A stretch of DNA of 64,000 nt from Candidatus Nanoarchaeia archaeon (GTDB lineage: Archaea; Nanobdellota; Nanobdellia; Woesearchaeales; ARS49), in NCBI GenBank assembly GCA_041484255.1, contig JBGPHE010000001.1, positions 6,240-70,239 of the forward strand. Reading direction: 5' to 3'. This document shows, in pieces, positions 51,701-56,900 of the stretch (within the stretch, counting starts at the first letter, position 1; every line of letters begins with the position of its first letter). The notes under the pieces were generated by a model, which was given only the letters and a program-made list of their open reading frames with translations, made no database searches and had not been told where the DNA came from. The translations under genes were made by a program, and so were the position numbers.

Positions 51701-53535
51701 ATGTCTCAATCACGAAGACGGACACGCCTGACCCCGTCAACACCAGCCAAAACCTGACGTATCAAATTAACGTGACGAGCACGGGCAACGGCACGGCGTT
51801 CAATGTGACCGTGAACGACACGTATCCGAATGAAGTCATCTTCCTGACTGCCCAGCCGTCGCCGAGCGTTGGCAACAACACGTTCACCCTGGGCAATTTG
51901 ACGCCGGGAACGGTCCGCAGCATCAACATCACCCTGCTGGTGCTCAACATCAGCAACAGCACGCTCATCAACAACACTGCGAATGTGACCTTCCAGAACG
52001 AATCCAGCGGATTGTTCAGCAGAATCGCGAACACCAGCACGACAGTGCAGAACATCACCATCATCCCGCTGTTCAACCTGAGCAATGTCAGCATTACGAA
52101 GACTGACTCACCAGACCCTGTGAACACGAGCCAGAACCTCACTTACCAGATCAACATCACGACCTCAGGCAATGGCACGTCGTTCAATATCACTGTCAAT
52201 GACACCTACCCCAACGAAGTCATTTTTGTGAGCGCACAGCCGTCGCCGACCGTCGGCAACAACACATTCCTGCTCGGCAACCTGACTGCGGGAATCACAC
52301 GCAGCATCAACATCACTGTGATGGTGCTGAATATCAGCAACAGCACCGTCATCAACAACACCGCAAATGTGACCTTCCAGAACGAGACGAGCGGATTGTT
52401 CAGCAGAATCGCGACCGCGAGCACGACGGTGCAGAACTTCAGCATCTTCCAGCTCTTCAACACAAGCAACATCAACATCACCAAGACCGACACACCCGAC
52501 CCGGTTGAGAACGGCACGCAACTGAACTACACCATTGTCGTCAATGTCACGGGCAATGGCACGTCGTTCAATACGACAGTGGTAGACACCTATCCTAATG
52601 AAATTGTCTTCACCAGCGCTCAGCCCACGCCGAGTTCAGGTAATAACACGTTCATCCTGGGCAATTTGACGCCAGGAACAGTCATCCGCATCAACATCAC
52701 GGTGAATGTGATGCAAGTAGTCAACGGAACAGTCATCAACAACACTGCGAATGTCACATTCCAGAACGAATCCAGCGGACTGTTCAGCAGGATTGCGAAC
52801 ACGAGCACAACCGTGCAGAACGTAAGCCCTGCGCCAGTGCAGAACATCCAGGTCGGAGGCGGCGGCTACCGCACGCCTACAATTGGCGGAGTGATCCCTG
52901 CGCAGCCAGTACCACCCGCAGTACCTCCTGCAGTTCAGTCGCCGCAGGCCTGCATTGAGAACTGGGTGTGCGAAGGCTGGGGACCGTGCACGGACGGCAA
53001 GCAGACGCGCCTGTGCGAAGACCAGAGCTCCTGCGGAACCGTAGCGCGCAAGCCTTCAACAGAGTTTGACTGCGGTGAAACGCCGCAGCCGGCTTCAGTT
53101 GCTGTAGAAACGCCAGCAGAAGTGCCTGCTTCCGAGCAGCCGATCTCGCTGCCGACAGTCGCAGGCACAAGTCAGGCAATAACGCAGCGTTTGCAGTCAG
53201 TCAGCGCGCTGCCGTGGACGTGGATACTCATCGGTTTCATTGTCCTAGGCGTGCTTGTCACGCTGGGCTTCTCCTATCCGCGCGGACGAAGCGACGAGCC
53301 GCCGCAAATGCCCAAGCCAGTGATGGAAGTGCGCGCTCCGCCGCGTCGGGAAGCGCCAAAAGCGCAGCCAAAGCCTGTTGAAAAGCCCTTGCCGAAGCTT
53401 CCCGTCATCGCGCCTGCCAAGATGGACCACGAACAGCTCCACGAGACTGACGTGCAGGCCAAGCAGCGCATGAAGGAGCTCGACGAGCGCCTGAAGAAGC
53501 TCGAACGCACGCTCAGCAGGCACAGAAAGCGCTGA
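36739..53535 (+). CDS. Giant surface protein 3 (5598 aa): signal anchor, He_PIG/cadherin-like Ig domain, beta-helix, DUF11, 5 Gly-rich 300-aa repeats, 4 LamG-like repeat units, 8 more DUF11 units, six-Cys stalk module, TM, coiled basic tail
   Basis: Single 16.8 kb open frame. First ATG at 36739, 7 nt after the gene 2 stop (the ORF-track start at 36736 is a TTG). Confidence 0.8.
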   Translation: MGDMGRNRRGVVSERTLIGIVLLAGLLGIGVMLWATGIVSFAQQHGVTGSAVASITGLAADDLETQPSFTATPAPNTAPIYRGPASFSTPQDTALTIDLSQYFSDAENDELTFIASSEDVIAVAIDGNALTLTPAAGFAGERSLTVIASDGVNLARTPVKIVVEGTQATPPAPQQEAPAPVEQPPATNESAANETPFNTQEEEFTNPVFNTQVTSISACTNISTPGEYALSTDLSRNITCIVIQTDNVSFSCAGHTITWDTQGLRNISGFTSFISAININKSGRTLFNVTVRDCRLIDGTVGGFNDHAIVLQDTNDSLIFNNTLVASGETSLGIEIVRTGNINISSNRINASSFGGAQAIANAIQFNLFSNNVSISDNDIRGFLSGSGIRTVGVMVDATSNPHDVEVVGNSITVNSTGGSATSTGMNGVTGFGTFLNATNNDVQAFGSGPSGVLANGAFFNRILARGSTAEGLRVGELADSNNITVNGSTTGALVGFNGNSTYSNNRLIATGSWIYTSLNGNTTFINTTFVNANGTLLFYNFYIDDVVIVQQSDLNTTINHAYVNSVDFPFLNTSAEIFLQGFNLTNNKPVVDYTDTNHFQGCPDTCTLLETGDNFIRFTVTHFTTYSSSDLVLLLEKSDSTDPVRIGSLFNYSVAVSVLNGNANNVTLTDLYPLEVVFNSSQPDPIDGTNDTFILGNLTENTTFIVNITVQSLTNDSGIVNVTNGTVINNTVNITFQNDTSDVFTLNDTEETTLVEATENFEPLSDCAVINTSSFLTTSVSGTGTCITIGNNSITLECAGNTITYATTGPGSAIFAEDKYNFTVRNCTLVLGDLNRLSLYDSPAINATNTTSGVNNRIDGSSFRLLNYFYQDGLPQQNCGDLSLNDSAFTGNATCTNITFVARARIRVNSTAVSNNSIAFITDNFLLGVRAFINANGTGYPGGADGNANGSGPGGGIDPVSINRGGGGAGHGGIGGQSNVPQGAGGRPYGSSLSPMTPGSGGATGDGGTHTGGNGGGAVSIFGQNVVLNGVISASAGNGSDGTNSGGGGSGGSILVVANTLFGNGSFTARGGFGGNDQSTGIQSGGSGSGGHIAVKFNTSTMNITSAHAPGAENVTALVNLGQPGTVGFLDMDDSILSITEGWRWSSEDAAVWNYTVINLTNAYTHTNESTVNITAVLIVLHNASISKENVTTGIDVNVSLTISAENFVMDPSEIDGAVINITAGNFTLGADSLINATGTGFEGGFNGNSNGSGPGGGIDPVNFNRGGGGAGHGGIGGQSNVVQGAGGRPYGSALNPFTFGSGGGTGESGNHPGGNGGGIVIISASHIILNGTINADGGNGSDGTNSGGGGSGGSINIITDALEGSGNLSARGGYGGWDQSTGIQAGGSGAGGHIIARFNASTFPVTNAHVEQTENVSGLGFFSQPGTLGFIDIDDDILTIVEGWRWTSEDTDVWNFTVINLSNAYTRTNESAVSVDALRFTLENSSITQENLTFGIHVNTTFSVNASVVLMNRSLIVNLTVVNITAADVTILEDAAINLTGTGFEGGFNGNSNGSGPGGGIDPVNFNRGGGGAGHGGIGGRSNVVQGAGGRPYGSSLNPLTLGSGGGTGENGNHPAGNGGGLAIISGTRVNISGTVSVDGGNGTDGTDSGGGGSGGSIFITADSFDGTGGLLSSGGFGGWDQSTGIQSGGSGAGGHIIAQFNTSTFPIANAHVTGTENVSALVFYSQPGTLGFIDIDDDTLTISEGWRWTSEDTDVWNFTVINVTDAFTRSNDSSVTISSGTLTFTNASFTQENLTVDYQLNLTLSAAADTIALNNSLITNLTQVNLSAGNLSVQDDAVIAVVGTGFAGGAISQNGSGPGGGVINDGFTRGTGAAHGGKGGQPAGGIITVARGPYGSTLNPDTLGSGGSGSAQTPGGSGGGVIFISAARASINGTLNADGANGTDGSSVNTGGGGSGGSIAIVAGIFEGTGTITARGGNAGTSFFADASSGGAGGGRIIVRFNTSTFPVAQASVAGGQNGSGSSSTGEPGTLGFLDIDNDILTVVEGWRWQSDDKSIWNFTIINITDALTRANDTTLNFSVGTLVMSNATLRADNASGNITLFINISAANVSLLDGAFILLNGSGFMGGAISQNGSGPGGGVINDGFTRGTGASHAGKGGQAAAGIISVVRGPYGSSLNPDTLGSGGSGSAQTPGGSGGGTIAISAARVSVNGSIIADGVNGTSGSSVNTGGGGSGGSINIITGIFEGNGTLSARGGDAGVSFFADASSGGAGGGRIIVRFNTSAYFLSRAAVTGGENGSGSSYRGQPGTLGFYDVDDNVLTLQEGWRWEQEDEPMSFGNVTTNHTLIFSNATVLVTDTFRANRINWSADENQTTVFNTSRLIIGNSSVNATGRLVFIYSSQFNDSNTLYLQGANFSLENQTVARVSWTEFSANVGNISARTRLQTRRAFVNATGMQGMNTTANITFFGVNFGTPKAQVDLADTGTFVNCVPFINPFCTTQSYADNVFTFNTSHFTTYTVVEGGVSLALTKTDTPDPVFAGNTLSYAILLNLTAQDAFNVTLTDIYPNQTIFVSAEPSPISGTNNTFIVGNLTENDTFIINITVMVRSDTSNGIDINNTANISFQNSTGAMFTANVTESTHVVTSNRPVIAQVILNTTDVTLNDTNQNLTLFIINATDADDNTVWNITDFRRNNISIAVVNYAFETNISTVSASVRDYSTYSANGTLGTAGQNPTWNLSGPLGGAYYFDGNDFITAPATAPTLPLTFEFWVKPATSSPVGIFDTAPGSGGVLRNFPGGVIEWHGGDPTLALDVVGGNWYHIVLIFSFDGARHITYYRNGTFIATANGSASSGFAWTTMRLGDINNGGAGTYTGEMSEFRVYNRSLTASEIEQLYIEGVAGRHPQIITRGNTVAGDVWQACATPNDNNLTGSSGDGTTVCSNNVTINSVQTVAPVIAQVILNSTDPSKNDTSQNLTLFVINATSASNAAVRNITDFRRNNVSIAVVNMPFETNVTSVATGLIRDYGTWGNNGTLGGGTAANAPLWNNSGKVGGDYVFDGSNDFISLTEPPAGSTNLANGSVFAWIRTANAGASYRGIVIKQDAYGMFLLDNVFIIHDWNAAADRTTGINVADGEWHLVGFTFQSGVAGGTKLSIDGQINLTTTLTINSQSEGIVIGAGDNPGTLQFFGGQIDEVMVFNGTLTPTQISQLYQDGIQNKSLDVITADELAAGDVWQGCATPNDNISDGNTTCSNNVTILAVQNGTNVAPTIAQVILNTTNPLLNDTNQNLTVFIINATDANGDAVQNITDFRTNNFSIALLNMPFETNVSSVSARAIRDYSTDEANGTLGNGAAGQAPVWDTQCKVGGCYQFDGTDDYIDVGNESLFDIEFNQPFTLSSWINTTNSANDDFIIAKEENSGNFRGYYYLIDNGAGGVINCLIESSAANLIQVRGSTVVRDGSWHNVVCAYNGSGTAAGVTLYVDGNLESMTTVSDNLAGNTILNNVDVTIGSRASAGVPLQGRVDEAYIFNHSLSAAQVKQLYLDGNASKHVMTIVQPETQAGDIWQACATPNDNLTDGNTTCSNNVTIFAQQNSTYSPPTIAQVILNTTNVSLNDTNQNLTVFIINATSAQNYSVQNITDFRRNATSIAVINLPFETNVTNATLGNGIRDYSSFNNSGTLGGGTQANAPVWNATGQIGGYYDFDGTNDFIQFNDSPSLSIAGSALTMEAWVQTPESAPALFDRIVVKEVNTNADPFIRYALYRTGGTNTVKFGVSTGGAGTIGQVTSNFSIPLNTWFHMVGTYDGANLRLYLNGELNNTVANTGAIATSTTPLVIGGNTEISDEFFNGFIDEVRVYNRTLTPDQIRQDYQAGVAHHQPLIIASNETIAGDIWSACATPNDNISDGNTTCSNNVTITAVQNNTVFNLSNVTLTKLDSPDPVNASSNLSYTIIINATADSPANITLTDTYPAQVIFLDSQPSPLAGTNNTFIVGNLTENNTFIVNITVLVLNVTNGTVINNTANISFHNQTGSQVAVTATQSTTVLAAPNATFNSSNISVVKTDFPDPVENGSQLSYTIAVASNGNGTAYNVTVNDTYPPQVVFDSAQPSPLAGTNNTFILGNLTAGTNILINITVNVSGSVPNNTLINNTVNVTFQNETSDVLSRISTASTQVIVIISTLTGCPVTINETTTLTQRLQSNSSCITFGTDNISLDCSGFSIGGNYSGNGISATNRLNISIRNCFIENFTTNIILQGTNRSTVASNIARNSSQQSMEIQTSAHDSIENNTAQSRTNVGINVTTGINVTLANNNGTSVSGVGISIDTGSVNNTLTNNNGTSTSGQGIFLSSAFNNTLRNNKATTAGAPSALQLSSSNGNLLVNNSGIHTGSGAGIAISVSDYNVLVNNTGIGNQGIALGDINSDWNNFTNNIGQGTSLGASVSASQNNTFVNNTFATNTGTSITLAGLAGTAALNNTFTNTTLLTNGTWFSTNGDGLNNSFTNTVFVSFNGTIRILPTVQLPNATTVDVRQLNVSFNRAHLNSSNLSFLNTTGQITLTGAVSNQPLVDFEDDNTFTLCDASICTVQSFAGGALIFNVTHFTTYSSTAGNSNLTLTKTDSPDPVNASSNLSYQISVNVTSDSPSNITLTDQYPAQVIFLTAQPSPITGTNDTFIIGNLTNGSSFSVNITVLVLNVTNGTVINNTANISFQNASGVTFFATVTENTTVRAQVIQFNLTNVTLTKTDSPDPVNASGILNYTVTVNATADSPANITLTDQYPAQVIFLSAQPSPLAGTNNTFIVGNLTAGQAFIVNISVLVLNVTNGTIINNTANITFTNQTGSVLTLNATQSTTVLAAGNATFNNSNISVTKIDAPDPVNTSAQLNYTINVTSNGNGTSYNVTANDTYPAQVIFLSAQPTPLAGTNNTFILGNLTAGQSVLINVTVLVLNISNGTLINNTVNVTFQNETSAVLSRIASTSTLVINLTFTPLFNASNVSITKTDTPDPVNTSQNLTYQINVTSTGNGTAFNVTVNDTYPNEVIFLTAQPSPSVGNNTFTLGNLTPGTVRSINITLLVLNISNSTLINNTANVTFQNESSGLFSRIANTSTTVQNITIIPLFNLSNVSITKTDSPDPVNTSQNLTYQINITTSGNGTSFNITVNDTYPNEVIFVSAQPSPTVGNNTFLLGNLTAGITRSINITVMVLNISNSTVINNTANVTFQNETSGLFSRIATASTTVQNFSIFQLFNTSNINITKTDTPDPVENGTQLNYTIVVNVTGNGTSFNTTVVDTYPNEIVFTSAQPTPSSGNNTFILGNLTPGTVIRINITVNVMQVVNGTVINNTANVTFQNESSGLFSRIANTSTTVQNVSPAPVQNIQVGGGGYRTPTIGGVIPAQPVPPAVPPAVQSPQACIENWVCEGWGPCTDGKQTRLCEDQSSCGTVARKPSTEFDCGETPQPASVAVETPAEVPASEQPISLPTVAGTSQAITQRLQSVSALPWTWILIGFIVLGVLVTLGFSYPRGRSDEPPQMPKPVMEVRAPPRREAPKAQPKPVEKPLPKLPVIAPAKMDHEQLHETDVQAKQRMKELDERLKKLERTLSRHRKR
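36967..37235 (+). other. He_PIG/cadherin-like Ig domain at the N-terminus of giant protein 3
   Basis: PIYRGPASFSTPQDTALTIDLSQYFSDAENDELTF...LTLTPAAGFAGERSLTVIASDG; paralogous to 54166-54435 in gene 4. Confidence 0.55.
39540..43700 (+). repeat. Five tandem Gly-rich repeats of about 300 aa in gene 3 (periods 906, 909, 906, 837 nt)
   Basis: The anchor NGSGPGGG recurs at 39586, 40492, 41401, 42307, 43144. Each unit is a Gly-rich half (GGGGAGHGGIGGQSNV...GGGGSGGSI...) plus an FNTSTFP...WRWTSEDTDVWNFTVINL half. Confidence 0.75.
44690..48490 (+). repeat. Four LamG-like (Laminin_G_3 / concanavalin-A-like jellyroll) repeat units of about 300 aa in gene 3
   Basis: Unit starts (IAQVILNTT...) at about 44691, 45603, 46546, 47533. 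Core ...YYFDGNDFI....FEFWVKP.......G.WYH......G....YRNG......G.......FRVYNRSLTA.EI.QLY. Confidence 0.65.
50545..52850 (+). repeat. Array of 6 consecutive DUF11-type units in gene 3 (8 after 48.5 kb counting two at about 48510-49260)
   Basis: Same unit consensus as gene 2. Unit starts at about 50560, 50935, 51310, 51700, 52090, 52475. Confidence 0.65.
52951..53073 (+). other. Six-Cys membrane-proximal module, copy in gene 3 (CIENWVCEGWGPCTDGKQTRLCEDQSSCGTVARKPSTEFDC)
   Basis: Same Cys/Trp spacing; followed by a Pro-rich stalk, a TM helix (about 53207-53272) and a coiled basic tail. Confidence 0.7.
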
Positions 53536-53570
53536 TTCTGCCCGTATTCCCCCTATTATATAGTGCGGGC

Positions 53571-53728
53571 ATTCATGAACAATCGTTCATATGAATAGCC
53601 AGATGGAAAAATTCTTAAACTAAACTCCACCTACGACGCGCGGGGTGAGTAAATTGAAGGGGATAGACCACTGTCTACGCTTTACTTCTTTTTGCTCCAC
53701 GATACGTTCATATGAATTTTCATATGAA
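53571..53728. promoter_or_regulatory. Cluster of palindromic motifs in the AT-rich region upstream of the AbrB-like gene and giant gene 4
   Basis: CGTTCATATGAA at 53584-53595 and 53705-53716, TTCATATGAA at 53719-53728, TTCATGAA at 53573-53580. TATA-like TATTATATA at 53555-53563 and TTTATCAAAA at 53759-53768. Confidence 0.45.
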
Positions 53729-53785
53729 AAATCATATTGATTATGTAGGAAATCAGTCGTTTATCAAAAAAGGGGAGAATTAGGG

Positions 53786-53965
53786 GTGGGTTTAACCAGA
53801 AAGCTTCAGCGGACGAAGAAAGATCAGTATACGCTGACGATTCCAAAAGCATTAGTGGAACTGCTCAACCTCAAGGAGCAGGACGAGATCGAGTTTAACC
53901 TTGTTGACGGCAATATCACGCTGAAGAAGTCGGCGCGCAAGCGGGGTGAGAAGGATGCGAAGTAA
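53786..53965 (+). CDS. AbrB/MazE (SpoVT-AbrB, swapped-hairpin) family small DNA-binding protein (59 aa), GTG start
   Basis: Translation VGLTRKLQRTKKDQYTLTIPKALVELLNLKEQDEIEFNLVDGNITLKK... matches the AbrB-type pattern (..tiPk.l.e.l.l..gd.v....dg..i.L.k). GGGGAG lies 8 nt upstream. Under 60 aa, so absent from the ORF track. Overlaps the giant gene 4 start by 11 nt. Confidence 0.5.
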   Translation: MGLTRKLQRTKKDQYTLTIPKALVELLNLKEQDEIEFNLVDGNITLKKSARKRGEKDAK

Positions 53966-56900
53966 GCGCGCAGCCCTCTCGGACAGGCTTCTTATCGGGC
54001 TTGTCCTCCTTGCAGGCGTTTTCGGCATCGCAGTGATGCTCTGGGGCACGGGAATCATTACCGCTCCGCAGTTCGGCAGCGGCGCAGTCACGGGAAGCGT
54101 CGTTGCAACGCCTGCAGCGTCGCCTATCACTGGAATGGACGCAGCAGCAGTCGTCAATGAAGCGCCAATCTATACAGGACCTGCAAGCTTCAGCACGCCG
54201 CAAGATACGGCGCTCACCATTGATTTGTCGCAGTACTTCTCTGACCCCGAGCACGATGAGCTTTCGTTCAGCGCGGCAGAGGAAGACCAGATTGCGGCCG
54301 CGGTTGACGGCAGCCTGCTCACGCTCACGCCCGCAGCAGGCTTCGCAGGCGAACGCACGCTCACTATTGTTGCGTCTGACGGCGTCAATGTCCTGCGCGC
54401 GCCGGTCAAGATTGTCGTGGAAGGCACGGCAGCGCCTGAACAGCCGCCCGCGCCTGCACCGAGCGCGCCGCAGCCAGAACCGCAGCCGCCTGCGCCAGTG
54501 ACGCAAAACGCGACACAGCCGCCTGAAATCACCACAAGCGACTTCACCAATCCAGGATTCACCTCGCAGGACGTCATCACGTCCTGCCCGGCGACGATGA
54601 ACACCAGCACGGTGCTGACGCAGAGCATTACGTCGACGACCACGTGCATCACGTTCGGCGCGGACAACATCGCGCTGGACTGCGCGGGATTCAATATCAC
54701 GTTCGGCACCGGCGGCGGCTCGGCAAACGGCATTGTCGCGCGCAATCGCACCAATGTCACAATCACCGGCTGCACCATCCGCGACACGAACGCGGCAGGA
54801 ACGTTCGGCATCGGCATCAACTTCACGAACGTCAACAACAGCCTTATCGTCAACACCAGCGTATTCACCAACGGCACCAACGACGACTACGGCATCTACT
54901 TTGTCTCGAACGACAGCAACAACACCGTCACCAATGTGAGCGTCTTCGCGCGCGGCACCTCCATCAACAACATCGGCATCTACTTCATCACCAACGCGAA
55001 CAACAATACCGTCGACAACAGCACCATCAGCGGGTTAAGCACGGCGAACGTCAACAACCACGGCGTCAGGATTGAGGCTGCCTCGTCCAACAACCTTTTC
55101 ACGAACAACACGGTCAGGACAAACGGAAGCAGCAGCGACTTCGGCTTCTACCTCTTCAACAACGTCACGCTGAACACTATCGCGAACAACAATATCACCG
55201 CGGACGGCACGAGCGGCACGAATATCGGCATCCGCCTGGAGGGCTCGGGCAACGGCGGCGTCAACAGCAATTTCATCGCGAACAACACGATCCAGACCTT
55301 CCCGCCCGGCGCGAGCAACAACTACGGCATCTACCTCTTCACGTCGGTCTCGAACAACATTGTCACGAACAATACCGTCCGGACGAACGGCACGTCGACG
55401 AATGTCGGCATCCGGCTCGAGAGCACGGCCAGCAACAACACGGTCGCGAACAACAACATCACGGTGCGCGGCACGGGCTCCAACAATAATGGCGTCCTCC
55501 TGACCACCACTGCGAACAACAACACCGTCGCCAACAACACGATTGACATGAGGGCGGGAACCACCACGAACGACGGCATCCTGCTGCAGACCACTGCCAA
55601 CAACAACACCATCAGCAATAACAGCATCATGATTGCGCAGATGTCGTCAACCGACAACCGCGGAATCGTATTGTTTAGCACCGCGTTCAACAACATCCTC
55701 GTCAACAACACCATCAACACGACGGGAACAATCAATAATTACGGCATCGTCCTGAGCACGAACGTCGGCAACACGACCATCGCGAACAACAGCATCCAGA
55801 CGAACGGCAGCAGCATCAATTACGGCATCTGGCTGACGGCGGTTTCAGACAATACCACCATCGCAAACAACCTCATCACGACCGCGGGAGCCGACAGCTA
55901 CGGCATCCGCCTGGACAACAGCCGCGGAAACAACATCACAGGCAACAACATCACCAGCGCGCAGTATGACGGCTTGTTCATCGAAGGAACCGACATCACG
56001 CACTTCACGAACAACACGATCACCAGCTCAAACACCATCAACGGCTCGCCCATCTTCTACTATGGCGGCGCGTACGACTCGCCGGCCTGCCCGAACAACC
56101 AGCTGCTGCCGGTTAACGGAACGGCATCGCACATTGACTTCCTGGGCTGCAACAACGTGACGCTGACCAATTACACTAGTATCGAGGTGCTCACGCTGGT
56201 GAACACCAGCAACATGACCATCACCCAAATCCAGCAGCGCAGCAGCAAGTACGGCATCCGCGTGTTCTTCACGACCGGCCCGAACAACATTTCATTCAGC
56301 AACATCACTGCGTCGAACACGACGGTCTCGGACAATTACGGAGTGTACCTGCTGGTCGCGGGCAACACGACCATCGCAAACAACAACGTCACGACCATAA
56401 GCGCTCTGGCGAACAACCACGGCATCTACCTGCTCACGAACGCGACCAACAATACGGTTGCGAACAACATCGTGAACACGACCGGCACGAGCAACAACAA
56501 CGGCATCCGCGTCGAAGGCAATGGCAACAACAACACCATCGTAAACAATACAGTCAGCACCAAGGGCTCGAGCACGAACAACTACGGCATCGTCCTGTTC
56601 AATACCGCGTCCGGCAACCTGGTGCTGAACAACACGGTCAGGGCGAACGGAAGCAGCAGCGATTACGGCATCTATGTCATCACTGCTGCGAGCAACAACA
56701 CGGTCGCGAACAACAGCATCACCACGGACGGCACGAGCGGCACGAACATCGGCATCCGCATTGAGGGCGCGAACAACGTTCCGGTCGTCAACAACCTCGT
56801 GGCGAACAACCTGATCCAGACCTTCCCACCGGGCGCGAACAGCAACTACGGAATCCAGCTGGTTACGGTCGTATCGAACAATATCATCACGAACAACACC

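Noticed and set aside
27225-53535. Interpreting the giant genes as phage tail-fibre or depolymerase genes (beta-helix and LamG are common there)
   Set aside because: No adjacent structural, terminase or portal genes. All proteins have N-terminal signal anchors and C-terminal TM helices with cytoplasmic basic tails, which fits resident cell-surface proteins better than virion components.
53536-53785. Possibility that the AT-rich 250-bp region before gene 4 encodes a small RNA or is an integration site
   Set aside because: No structured RNA features or att-like direct repeats recognisable by eye. It is better explained as a regulatory region with palindromic operators, though an sRNA cannot be excluded without expression data.
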